Of a stretch of 64,000 nucleotides of DNA, positions 37,077 through 46,377 are shown in pieces. Numbering within the stretch: the first letter of the stretch is position 1; every line of letters begins with the position of its first letter. Under the pieces are notes generated by a model. That model saw nothing but the letters and a program-made list of their open reading frames with translations, searched no databases and had not been told where the DNA came from. The stretch is taken from positions 64,001 to 128,000 of the IMG/VR virus record IMGVR_UViG_3300027810_000002; one strand, given 5' to 3'. The DNA comes from a virus. Both the position numbers and the translations under genes were made by a program.

Positions 37077-39950
37077 TTATCCGATATTTACACCGTTTAC
37101 AATAGTACGTGCTCCTCCTGCTGCTAAAACAGTTCCGTTATATCCAGAATTTGCAGCAGAAATACCTTGAATTCCTTGTGGTCCTCTTACTCCGGTACCA
37201 GAACCACCTGTGGCTCCTTGATAACCTTGAGGTCCTCGAGATGCAGGTGATCCTGATGCTCCAGTATATCCTTTAGGTCCTTGTGCTCCGTTTGGTCCTT
37301 TTAATCCTGTAGATCCTTGTGATCCTGATATTCCTTTATATCCTTGAACTCCTCTTGGTCCTGTACTACCATTAGGTCCTATATAACCTTGTACTCCACG
37401 TGCTCCTACTGATCCAGTGGTACCCTTTACTCCTTGAGGTCCTGTATATCCTTGAGCTCCTTGTGCTCCTTGGTTTCCTTGAGCTCCTCTTACAGTACCT
37501 GCAAGTCCAATAAAACCTTTAAGTCCGGTTGAACCTTGTGGTCCTCTTCCTCCCTGTGGTCCTATTGGTCCAGTATATCCTTTTGGTCCTGTTGCTCCTT
37601 GGAATCCTCTGTGACCTGGTGCACCACCATAACCTTGTGCTCCAGTTGGTCCTGTATAACCCTGTACTCCTTGAGTTCCTCTTGCAGCCGCAGTTCCCTG
37701 TGGTCCAGTTAGTCCTTTATTACCAGTAGCTCCCTGTGGTCCTCTTGGTCCAGTAGATCCTTTAAAACCTGTATCTCCTTTTGCTCCTTGGAATCCTCTA
37801 ATTCCTTGTGGTCCAAGATCTCCAGTAGGTCCAGTTGCTCCTTTAGGTCCGATATATCCGATATATCCTTTTGGTCCAGTTGCTCCTTGAGGTCCTTTAG
37901 TTCCTTTTGCTCCAGTTGCTCCTTGATTACCCTTTGGTCCAGTTATTCCCTGAACTCCTTTTGCTCCTTGAAAACCTTTTGTTCCTTGGGCTCCTTGAGG
38001 TCCAGTATTTCCTTGAGGTCCTCTAATAGTTCCAGTACTTCCAATTACTCCTTGAAAACCTTTGTTTCCAGTAGCTCCGGTTGCTCCTTGATTACCTTTA
38101 ATTCCTTGGAATCCTCTGTCACCAGTTGCTGCAGTAGATCCTTTAAGACCTTGGAATCCGTTTGTTCCTTGGAATCCTTGGAATCCTCTTGGTGCAGCAG
38201 TTCCCTGTGCTCCGGTATTTCCTTGAAATCCAATCTTTCCAGTTGGTCCTAAATTACCAGTTGCTCCGGTATTTCCTTGAACTCCAATAAATCCTTTATC
38301 TCCTTTAGTTGCACTTGGGGCAATATATCCAGTGTCTCCTTGTGTTCCTCTGTCTCCAGTTGCTCCTTGATTACCTTGTGATCCTGTTACTCCAGTATAT
38401 CCTTTTGCACCAGTAGTACCTTTAGATCCTTGGAATCCTCTTGGTCCACTAGATCCTTGATGTCCTCTTTCACCAGCATCTCCTTGAACTCCTTTTGAAC
38501 CTTGTGGTCCAACTGCTCCAACAGATCCCTGTGCTCCTGTTACTCCAGTGTTTCCTTGAACTCCAATTGCTCCTGTTGATCCTTTATCTCCAATTGCTCC
38601 TTGAGGTCCTGTATAACCTTTTGCTCCTTGTGCTCCAAGAGGTCCTGTTAAACCTTTAGCTCCTTGATTTCCTTTGAAACCTTGATCTCCTTTAAGACCA
38701 ACATTTCCAATAATACCTTGATTTCCTTGGAATCCTCTTGAACCAGTATTACCCTGTGCTCCAGTAGATCCTTTTAAACCTTTAGCTCCTTGGTTTCCTT
38801 TGAAACCTTGATCTCCTTTAAGACCAACATTTCCAATAACACCTTGGTTTCCTTGAAAACCTCTTGAACCAGTATTACCCTGTGCTCCAGTAGATCCTTT
38901 TAAACCTTTAGCTCCTTTTGATCCTTTAAAACCTCTTTCACCAATGATACCATCGGCTCCAGTAGATCCTTGATAACCAGTTGCTCCAGTAGATCCTTGT
39001 GTTCCTATTACTTTATTAATACCAGCGTCTCCTTGAGTTCCTTGATTTCCTTGAAAACCTCTGTCTCCTACGGGTCCGTTAATACCTGTTGTTCCTTTAA
39101 TTCCTTTGTCTCCTTGGAATCCTCTGGCTCCATTTGAACCATTATTTCCTTTTGCTCCTTGAGGTCCTGTAAATCCAACGTCTCCTTGTGCTCCTCTGTT
39201 TCCATCAAGTCCTTTATAACCTGTTGCTCCAGTTGAACCTTTAAAACCTTGATCTCCGATTACCCCATCAGAACCTTGATCACCTTTATAACCGGTAACC
39301 CCTTGATTTCCCTGAACTCCAATAGGTCCAGTAACTCCTTTGTTTCCGACAGATCCTTGGAATCCTCTGGCACCATCTGCACCTGTTAAACCCTTAGTAC
39401 CTTGAGTACCTTTAGTTCCTTGATTTCCTTGGAATCCTCTTTCACCTTGATTTCCAACAATACCTTGAGTTCCTTGGAATCCTCTTTCACCTTTAGCTCC
39501 AGTAGTACCTGAAATACCAATATCTCCTACTAATCCTTTACTACCACGTGATCCTTCACTACCAGTATCTCCTACTAATCCAGTATTTCCAAGAGAACCT
39601 TTATCTCCACGAAAACCTTCATCACCCGTATTTCCTTTTGCTCCTTTTAAAGAAAGAAAATTACCCGGAATAAAATTACCAGGTCTTATCACTAGATTAC
39701 CACCGATTGTTGAATCAGCTTTAAAGTTTCCACCACCATCAAAAGTACCACCCGCTATAATTGCGGAATCAGTACTCCTAATAGTTAACACATTCCCCGC
39801 AGGGAATGTGTTTAACTCTTCTAGGTAAGACGGCGTATAGACGATAGCTGAACCTTGGTCGATACCTGCTCTGTTCGAAGTTTCATCGATCTGAGCCTGG
39901 AATTCTCCGGTAGATTGTACTAGTTTTATCGCTATTTTATTAAATGCCAT
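37077..39950 (-). CDS. Collagen-like fibre chain C
   Basis: ~276 triplets after a 102-aa N-domain. Confidence 0.9.
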   Translation of the reverse strand: MAFNKIAIKLVQSTGEFQAQIDETSNRAGIDQGSAIVYTPSYLEELNTFPAGNVLTIRSTDSAIIAGGTFDGGGNFKADSTIGGNLVIRPGNFIPGNFLSLKGAKGNTGDEGFRGDKGSLGNTGLVGDTGSEGSRGSKGLVGDIGISGTTGAKGERGFQGTQGIVGNQGERGFQGNQGTKGTQGTKGLTGADGARGFQGSVGNKGVTGPIGVQGNQGVTGYKGDQGSDGVIGDQGFKGSTGATGYKGLDGNRGAQGDVGFTGPQGAKGNNGSNGARGFQGDKGIKGTTGINGPVGDRGFQGNQGTQGDAGINKVIGTQGSTGATGYQGSTGADGIIGERGFKGSKGAKGLKGSTGAQGNTGSRGFQGNQGVIGNVGLKGDQGFKGNQGAKGLKGSTGAQGNTGSRGFQGNQGIIGNVGLKGDQGFKGNQGAKGLTGPLGAQGAKGYTGPQGAIGDKGSTGAIGVQGNTGVTGAQGSVGAVGPQGSKGVQGDAGERGHQGSSGPRGFQGSKGTTGAKGYTGVTGSQGNQGATGDRGTQGDTGYIAPSATKGDKGFIGVQGNTGATGNLGPTGKIGFQGNTGAQGTAAPRGFQGFQGTNGFQGLKGSTAATGDRGFQGIKGNQGATGATGNKGFQGVIGSTGTIRGPQGNTGPQGAQGTKGFQGAKGVQGITGPKGNQGATGAKGTKGPQGATGPKGYIGYIGPKGATGPTGDLGPQGIRGFQGAKGDTGFKGSTGPRGPQGATGNKGLTGPQGTAAARGTQGVQGYTGPTGAQGYGGAPGHRGFQGATGPKGYTGPIGPQGGRGPQGSTGLKGFIGLAGTVRGAQGNQGAQGAQGYTGPQGVKGTTGSVGARGVQGYIGPNGSTGPRGVQGYKGISGSQGSTGLKGPNGAQGPKGYTGASGSPASRGPQGYQGATGGSGTGVRGPQGIQGISAANSGYNGTVLAAGGARTIVNGVNIG

Positions 39951-39998
39951 ATCTTTGTTTTTATTATTTTTTAGTTACTCCTGTTTTATTTATTCCAA

Positions 39999-42782
39999 TT
40001 AATCGAATGAGAATGTAATGTCTCCATTTGCGTCTCTTTCAATTCTTGCTGTTGGGTTACCATTAACATCGTTAAAATAAATAGCTTTATCATTGGCGAT
40101 TGTTATTGAATCTCCATCAAATGCACCAGTTTCTCCTTGATCTCCTTTAGTACCTTGAACTCCTTGAATACCATCGTCTCCTTTGAAACCTTGATCTCCT
40201 TTAGCTCCAGTATCTCCTTTGAAACCTTGATCTCCTTTAATACCTTGAATACCTTGAATACCATCGTCTCCTTTGAATCCTTGATCTCCTTTAATACCTT
40301 GAATACCATCGTCTCCTTTAATACCTTGAATACCATCGTCTCCTTTAGTACCCTGAACTCCGATAACTCCTTGTTCTCCAGTATCTCCTTTGAATCCTTG
40401 ATCTCCTTTAGCTCCAGTATCTCCTTTGAAACCTTGATCTCCTTTAATACCTTGAATACCATCGTCTCCTTTAGTACCTTGAACTCCGATAACTCCTTGT
40501 TCTCCAGTATCTCCTTTGAATCCTTGATCTCCTTTTAAACCAGTATCTCCTTTGAAACCTTGATCTCCTTTTAAACCTTGAATACCATTGTCTCCTTTGA
40601 ATCCTTGATCTCCTTTTAAACCAGTATCTCCTTTAGCTCCAGTATCTCCTTTGAAACCTTGATCTCCTTTAATACCTTGAATACCATCGTCTCCTTTAGT
40701 ACCTTGAACTCCTTGAATACCATCGTCTCCTTTAGTACCTTGAACTCCTTGAATACCATCGTCTCCTTTAGTACCCTGAACTCCGATAACTCCTTGTTCT
40801 CCTTGAATACCTTGAATACCATCGTCTCCTTTTAAACCTGTATCTCCTTGAATACCCTGTTCTCCTTGAATACCCTGTTCTCCTGTATCTCCTTTAAGAC
40901 CAGTATCTCCTTGAATACCTTGAATACCATCGTCTCCTTTAATACCTTGAATACCATCGTCTCCTTTAGTACCTTGAACTCCGATAACTCCTTGTTCCCC
41001 TTGGAAACCTTGAATACCTTGCTCTCCAGTATCTCCTTTGAAACCTTGATCTCCTTTTAAACCTTGAATACCATCGTCTCCTTTAGTACCTTGAACTCCT
41101 TGAATACCATCGTCTCCTTTAGTACCTTGAACTCCTTGAATACCTTGTTCTCCTGTATCTCCTTTAAGACCTGTATCTCCTTTGAATCCTTGATCTCCTT
41201 TAAGACCAGTTTCTCCTTGAATACCTTGAATACCATCGTCTCCTTTAGTACCTTGAACTCCTATAACTCCTTGTTCTCCTTGAATACCATCGTCTCCTTT
41301 AGTACCCTGAACTCCGATAACTCCTTGTTCTCCTTGAATACCTTGAATACCATCGTCTCCTTTAGTACCCTGAACTCCGATAACTCCTTGTTCTCCTTGA
41401 ATACCTTGAATACCATCGTCTCCTTTGAATCCTTGATCTCCTTTAGTACCTACAGTACCTTGAACTCCGATAACTCCTTGTTCTCCAGTATCTCCTTTTA
41501 AACCAGTATCTCCTTGAATACCTTGAATACCATCGTCTCCTTTGAAACCTTGATCTCCTTGAATACCTTGTTCTCCTTGAATACCTTGAATACCATCGTC
41601 TCCTTTAGTACCTACAGTACCTTGAACTCCGATAACTCCTTGTTCTCCTGTATCTCCTTTAAGACCAGTTTCTCCTTGAATACCTTGAATACCATTGTCT
41701 CCTTGGAAACCTTGTTCTCCTTGAATACCTTGTTCTCCTTGAATACCTTGAATACCATTGTCTCCTTGGAAACCTTGTTCTCCTTGAATACCTTGAATAC
41801 CATCGTCTCCTTTAAGACCAGTTTCTCCTTGAATACCATTGTCTCCTTGGAAACCTTGTTCTCCTTGAATACCTTGTTCTCCTTGAATACCTTGAATACC
41901 ATCGTCTCCTTTAGTACCTTGAACTCCGATAACTCCTTGTTCCCCTTGGAAACCTTGAATACCTTGTTCTCCTGTATCTCCTTTAAGACCAGTTTCTCCT
42001 TGAATACCCTGTTCTCCAGTATCTCCTTTGAATCCTTGATCTCCTTGAATACCTTGTTCTCCTGTATCTCCTTTAAGACCAGTTTCTCCTTGAATACCCT
42101 GTTCTCCAGTATCTCCTTTGAATCCTTGATCTCCTTGAATACCTTGAATACCATCGTCTCCTTTGAAACCTTGATCTCCTTGAATACCTTGAATACCATC
42201 GTCTCCTTTGAAACCCTGATCTCCTGTATCTCCTTTAAGACCAGTTTCTCCTTGAATACCTTGAATACCATTGTCTCCTTGGAAACCTTGTTCTCCTTGA
42301 ATACCTTGAATACCCTGTTCTCCTGTATCTCCTTTAAGACCAGTTTCTCCTTGAATACCTTGAATACCATTGTCTCCTTGGAAACCCTGTTCTCCTTGAA
42401 TACCTTGAATACCCTGTTCTCCTTGATCTCCTTTAAGACCATCTACTCCTTGATCTCCTTTAAGACCATCTACTCCTTGATCTCCTTGTTCCCCTTGGAA
42501 ACCTTGAATACCTTGTTCTCCTTGATCTCCTTTAAGACCAGTTTCTCCTTGAATACCAGTGTCTCCTTGGAAACCCTGTTCTCCTTGAACACCTTGAATA
42601 CCTTGTTCACCGGTATCTCCTTTAAAACCTTGATCTCCTTGAAGACCTTGATCTCCTTGAAAGCCTTGAACCCCATCAATACCTTGATCTCCTTGAAGAC
42701 CTTGATCTCCTTGCGCTCCTTGATATCCGGATCCTTGATCTCCCTGGGGACCTGCGGTAGAAATATATGCTGAATATGCCAT
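39999..42782 (-). CDS. Acidic, Pro-poor collagen-like protein (chain D)
   Basis: ~290 nearly uninterrupted triplets (GIQ, GEQ, GDQ, GDD, GFK, GLK); short C-terminal beta domain. Confidence 0.9.
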   Translation of the reverse strand: MAYSAYISTAGPQGDQGSGYQGAQGDQGLQGDQGIDGVQGFQGDQGLQGDQGFKGDTGEQGIQGVQGEQGFQGDTGIQGETGLKGDQGEQGIQGFQGEQGDQGVDGLKGDQGVDGLKGDQGEQGIQGIQGEQGFQGDNGIQGIQGETGLKGDTGEQGIQGIQGEQGFQGDNGIQGIQGETGLKGDTGDQGFKGDDGIQGIQGDQGFKGDDGIQGIQGDQGFKGDTGEQGIQGETGLKGDTGEQGIQGDQGFKGDTGEQGIQGETGLKGDTGEQGIQGFQGEQGVIGVQGTKGDDGIQGIQGEQGIQGEQGFQGDNGIQGETGLKGDDGIQGIQGEQGFQGDNGIQGIQGEQGIQGEQGFQGDNGIQGIQGETGLKGDTGEQGVIGVQGTVGTKGDDGIQGIQGEQGIQGDQGFKGDDGIQGIQGDTGLKGDTGEQGVIGVQGTVGTKGDQGFKGDDGIQGIQGEQGVIGVQGTKGDDGIQGIQGEQGVIGVQGTKGDDGIQGEQGVIGVQGTKGDDGIQGIQGETGLKGDQGFKGDTGLKGDTGEQGIQGVQGTKGDDGIQGVQGTKGDDGIQGLKGDQGFKGDTGEQGIQGFQGEQGVIGVQGTKGDDGIQGIKGDDGIQGIQGDTGLKGDTGEQGIQGEQGIQGDTGLKGDDGIQGIQGEQGVIGVQGTKGDDGIQGVQGTKGDDGIQGVQGTKGDDGIQGIKGDQGFKGDTGAKGDTGLKGDQGFKGDNGIQGLKGDQGFKGDTGLKGDQGFKGDTGEQGVIGVQGTKGDDGIQGIKGDQGFKGDTGAKGDQGFKGDTGEQGVIGVQGTKGDDGIQGIKGDDGIQGIKGDQGFKGDDGIQGIQGIKGDQGFKGDTGAKGDQGFKGDDGIQGVQGTKGDQGETGAFDGDSITIANDKAIYFNDVNGNPTARIERDANGDITFSFD
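40130..42750 (-). repeat. Mosaic of 9-bp codon-triplet repeats in chain D
   Basis: Recurrent ccttgaata / ccatcgtct / cctttaaga / ccttgatct units. Confidence 0.85.
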
Positions 42783-42816
42783 AGTTTAATTTACTTTATT
42801 TTTGTTTTTGTTTTTA

Positions 42817-43581
42817 TTAGTCTAATGAGTTTTTCTCGTATACTATATCGAAAAGATCTCCTCCTCCGATTTCATATCCTGCGAAATTTGAATTCCAAAA
42901 CAGTTCATCACCAGCTTCTAAATCTGCAACAGATTTGGCAGTGATACCTGCGTTGTTAGAGAAATATACATCTCCTGTTTTTTCTCCGTAAGTTTCAGTA
43001 ACAGCTACACCGTTAATATAAACCTGTACAGTTGAATCTGCGAAAGGAGTATAGTCTAATGTAATACCTGTTGCTGATTCATCTCCGTTAGATGCAAGAG
43101 GTGCTAAATCAGCCTGTGTGTATTCAGTACCTTGTGCTACCTGAGTTGGACCTAAACTTGGTCTCCATGGTAATACTTGTGCTTTTGTTGCTGAAATCGC
43201 TTGTAAAACTGGATTGCTGTATGCATACACTGGATCAGAAGCATTCACAAACGCTGAGATAGAACCTGAATCAGATTCATCAACTACGTAAAAAGTACCT
43301 GGAGTTAAATTCCAAGTTGATACTTCAATGTTACCAATTTGTACTGCAATAAAATTAGAATCATCAGTAGCTTCTTCAACTACTAATCTTCCCAATTTGT
43401 CGGCAGTTTTAGAATCTGCTAAAACCCAAGAACCGTTAAAGAATGCAATAACATTCCCTGCTGCAAAACCATGAGCAGCTTGTTCGTAACTTGATTTTAA
43501 AGATCCTGATGCCAGTTGAGAATCGATAGACTCTAACTTTGTCTGTAAGCCTTCGATTTGCTTAATTTTTAATTGTGACAT
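42817..43581 (-). CDS. Fibre anchor/adaptor protein
   Basis: N-terminal MSQLKIKQI; HGFAAGNVI...LTPGTFY head-fibre-like domain; C-terminal VYINGV domain paralogous to 48336..49589. Confidence 0.6.
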   Translation of the reverse strand: MSQLKIKQIEGLQTKLESIDSQLASGSLKSSYEQAAHGFAAGNVIAFFNGSWVLADSKTADKLGRLVVEEATDDSNFIAVQIGNIEVSTWNLTPGTFYVVDESDSGSISAFVNASDPVYAYSNPVLQAISATKAQVLPWRPSLGPTQVAQGTEYTQADLAPLASNGDESATGITLDYTPFADSTVQVYINGVAVTETYGEKTGDVYFSNNAGITAKSVADLEAGDELFWNSNFAGYEIGGGDLFDIVYEKNSLD

Positions 43582-43706
43582 AGATTTTTAATTTTTTTTA
43601 TTTTTTTATAATTTAAAAGAGGCTGTTTAACCTAATTTATCAATTCTATATATCATGATTAAAAGGACGTAATGTCTATATACTGCCATAATATGGTAAT
43701 ATAATT

Positions 43707-44297
43707 ATGATAAATAGTATAATGAATAGTATTACTAAGAAGATAGTTAGAGATTACATATATTTTAGAGAAACATTAGATGACGTAAAAACTATTTCTA
43801 GTGATGCGGAAGGTATGTTTAGGGACGCGATGCACGATCATAATGAGGTTGCACTAACAGCTCTCACTCCACCAGAAGGAGCACCTCCTATTAAAAAAAT
43901 TGATGAAGAACTTGTTGTAAAATTTGAAGACAAGCTCTTTAAAAAGCTTTTTAGAAAGATAGCAGTATTATGCCATCCGGATAAATTAGATGATTCTTAC
44001 TCTGAAAGAGAAGCTACATTTTTAAAAAAATGCTATGAAGATCTCAATACTTCTAACCAAACATACGATTGGGGATTGTTGTTGAAAGTTGCTATGGAAC
44101 TGGATGTTGAAATTCCGGAATTAAGCGATGAGCAATTTATTAACATTAATAATAATATAGAATCTATTAAAAATACTATTAACCAGTTTGAAGGATCTAT
44201 GGCTTATAAATGGTATACCCTCTCCGACACTGATGCCAAGAAAGGGTATTTAGAAAGCTGTGCTTCTATATTTATGGATAGTTTAAAGAATCGTTAA
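43707..44297 (+). CDS. Atypical J-domain protein
   Basis: Internal KKLFRKIAVLCHPDK (HPD) motif; only plus-strand gene in the left 57 kb. Confidence 0.7.
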   Translation: MINSIMNSITKKIVRDYIYFRETLDDVKTISSDAEGMFRDAMHDHNEVALTALTPPEGAPPIKKIDEELVVKFEDKLFKKLFRKIAVLCHPDKLDDSYSEREATFLKKCYEDLNTSNQTYDWGLLLKVAMELDVEIPELSDEQFININNNIESIKNTINQFEGSMAYKWYTLSDTDAKKGYLESCASIFMDSLKNR

Positions 44298-45076
44298 ACG
44301 TCCCACTTATTAGTTAGATGACATCTTACATAAACAGGTGCCTGATACGCAATACCATTAGGATATTCTGATTGCAATCTCGTATAAAAGTCTACATCTT
44401 CTGACGTGTCTTTAGAGATAATATCTCTCCATTTTGTTGATAAATTAGATTTGTGCATAAATAACCAAGGTGCCATTATCTGTCTGTCTGGTTTTACTTG
44501 AATTGGCTTCCATGCCTCTGGTAAACCTTCTATCTGAATTGCCGGTGTTTCTGAAGGATCTAATATAGCATTCCCATTAGCTAGCTCAGTTGAAACAGAC
44601 TCATGATCAAACCATGAGGTATTTATCCACCAATCTTTTTCTGGGTTTGCGTTAAAATATAAAAGAGATGTCATCGTTGCGTTTGGCATTAAAAAATCAT
44701 CTGAATCCATATACATTACAACGTGGCCGGTTGCTGCAGCTGCACCTAGTCTTCTACCGAATCCTCTATAATATCTTCCTTTATCTTCTATTTCCTCGTA
44801 CATTTGAGGAGTGTCTGTTCTATCGAAATATATTAGTTTTATATTTGGTGTGTTCTTGTGTGATCTATTAAATAGTTGATGTGTTTTATTACACCCATCT
44901 GCTACTATAATAAGTTCGCAGTTTTTATATGTTTGGTTTTGAAAACTTTCGACTGCCCTGTGAAATTTACCAATAGGATCTTTTCTTGAATTTTCGTAGT
45001 TTTCTAGGTTTACTTGCATCACTATAGATATTTTTATCTTGTTTAGTGATTCGAATATTTCTTTAAAATTGCTCAT
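44294..45076 (-). CDS. GT2 glycosyltransferase
   Basis: SFQNQTYKNCELIIVADG, YMDSDD, SEDVDF. Confidence 0.85.
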   Translation of the reverse strand: MSNFKEIFESLNKIKISIVMQVNLENYENSRKDPIGKFHRAVESFQNQTYKNCELIIVADGCNKTHQLFNRSHKNTPNIKLIYFDRTDTPQMYEEIEDKGRYYRGFGRRLGAAAATGHVVMYMDSDDFLMPNATMTSLLYFNANPEKDWWINTSWFDHESVSTELANGNAILDPSETPAIQIEGLPEAWKPIQVKPDRQIMAPWLFMHKSNLSTKWRDIISKDTSEDVDFYTRLQSEYPNGIAYQAPVYVRCHLTNKWDV

Positions 45077-46272
45077 TATTTATATAGGTTTGTTTTCCAA
45101 TTATATTTATAAGATAATTCATGTGTTCCTGGTTTAAATAAATTATCTATTAACTTTTTATATGTATCTACCAGATCCGCGTTAGTTGACAAATAACGGT
45201 CTAATACTTTTTTACTGTTTTCATTATATTGATCTAGGTTATTGTCATGTTCCTCAAGTGCCAATTTTAATTGATCGGCTCCTTGTGATATATTAAATCC
45301 TTCATAATAATATCCTGCATCCTTTATCATGTCTGCATTGTGCACTATAGGGTACCCAAAATAGAGTGCGTCTAAGTATGCATAGTTTAATGGGTTTTCC
45401 CATTGGTGTGATAAGACTATGTCGGTTTCACTTGCTAAGAACGTCGATACTGGGTACCTTCCAACATACTTTATTTTGTTATCTGGAGAGTTAACTATGT
45501 CGAAATTCTTAATCATCGATAAATAGTATTTATTCTTTAGTAATTTCTTGCCAGATCCTATGTATATTTGTTTAAACGCGTTTTTACCGGATTCTCTAAA
45601 AACTCTTTCAGCGATCATGATAGTCATCAATGAATATTTAACAACATTTATATTTGGTTCCATTACAGATAACTTTTTATCTTTAGCATCCTTTGGAATA
45701 TATCCCGGAATCAATTTGCCGGCACGTTTTAGTAATTTATTAAATTCATCAAGCGGCTCAGGGTCCCATATGAAAGGAACTGTTTTTATCTGAGAATCCT
45801 CTTGTCTGTATATTGTTTTAAAGTATTCTAGGTTTTGATATTCCTGTTGAGGTATTACCCATGTTTCGTCGTGGCCTCCATCCCATGAAGGAACCATTGA
45901 CTCGGTAATTGTATCAAACATTACTCGTTCCATGTCAACTACATAACTATTTCCACATTGGTATTTTACTACTTTTAAATTTGGATTTTTGCTTTTCATT
46001 AAAGATATCCTACTTGTAGGCAAAGAAGCACCTACCATAAACATTAAGTCTATCTCATTCTCCATCGCTGTAAATTTTGCGATTTTATATTTATTATAAT
46101 CCCAGTTTACTTTAGTTAAATCAGAAACATTCTTAGCTGCGTCTAAAATATAAACATCAAGTCCTTCTATTTGGTTTAACATTTTAGATAGGTTCAGCGC
46201 ATTTAATTTAATGCCGTTGATCCACATGCTTTCATATTCCTTTGTTAGGGATATTATAATTCCTACTTTCAT
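45076..46272 (-). CDS. DUF2827-like putative glycosyltransferase
   Basis: SMWINGIKLN, VMEPNINVVK, SHQWENPLNYAYLDALYFGYPIVHNA. Confidence 0.7.
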   Translation of the reverse strand: MKVGIIISLTKEYESMWINGIKLNALNLSKMLNQIEGLDVYILDAAKNVSDLTKVNWDYNKYKIAKFTAMENEIDLMFMVGASLPTSRISLMKSKNPNLKVVKYQCGNSYVVDMERVMFDTITESMVPSWDGGHDETWVIPQQEYQNLEYFKTIYRQEDSQIKTVPFIWDPEPLDEFNKLLKRAGKLIPGYIPKDAKDKKLSVMEPNINVVKYSLMTIMIAERVFRESGKNAFKQIYIGSGKKLLKNKYYLSMIKNFDIVNSPDNKIKYVGRYPVSTFLASETDIVLSHQWENPLNYAYLDALYFGYPIVHNADMIKDAGYYYEGFNISQGADQLKLALEEHDNNLDQYNENSKKVLDRYLSTNADLVDTYKKLIDNLFKPGTHELSYKYNWKTNLYK

Positions 46273-46310
46273 AAATTATACTTTATTTATTATATCTATA
46301 TATTAAAAAA

Positions 46311-46337
46311 AGAAAGGGTCCCCGTTAGAGGACCCTT
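46311..46337 (-). terminator. Intrinsic terminator
   Basis: aagggtcc...ggaccctt hairpin then T-rich tail on minus strand. Confidence 0.7.
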
Positions 46338-46377
46338 AATTTAAAAACTATGAATTAATACTTTCGTATTTTTCTTC

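Noticed and set aside
40130-42750. Repeat array resembling CRISPR or a satellite
   Set aside because: Units are in-frame codon triplets inside a long ORF; no constant repeat with unique spacers and no cas genes
31793-42773. Many alternative-frame and antisense ORFs over the collagen genes (e.g. 41514..42773 +, 419 aa; 41612..42442 -)
   Set aside because: Expected by-products of 9-bp periodic GXY codons lacking stops in other frames; low-complexity products with no promoter
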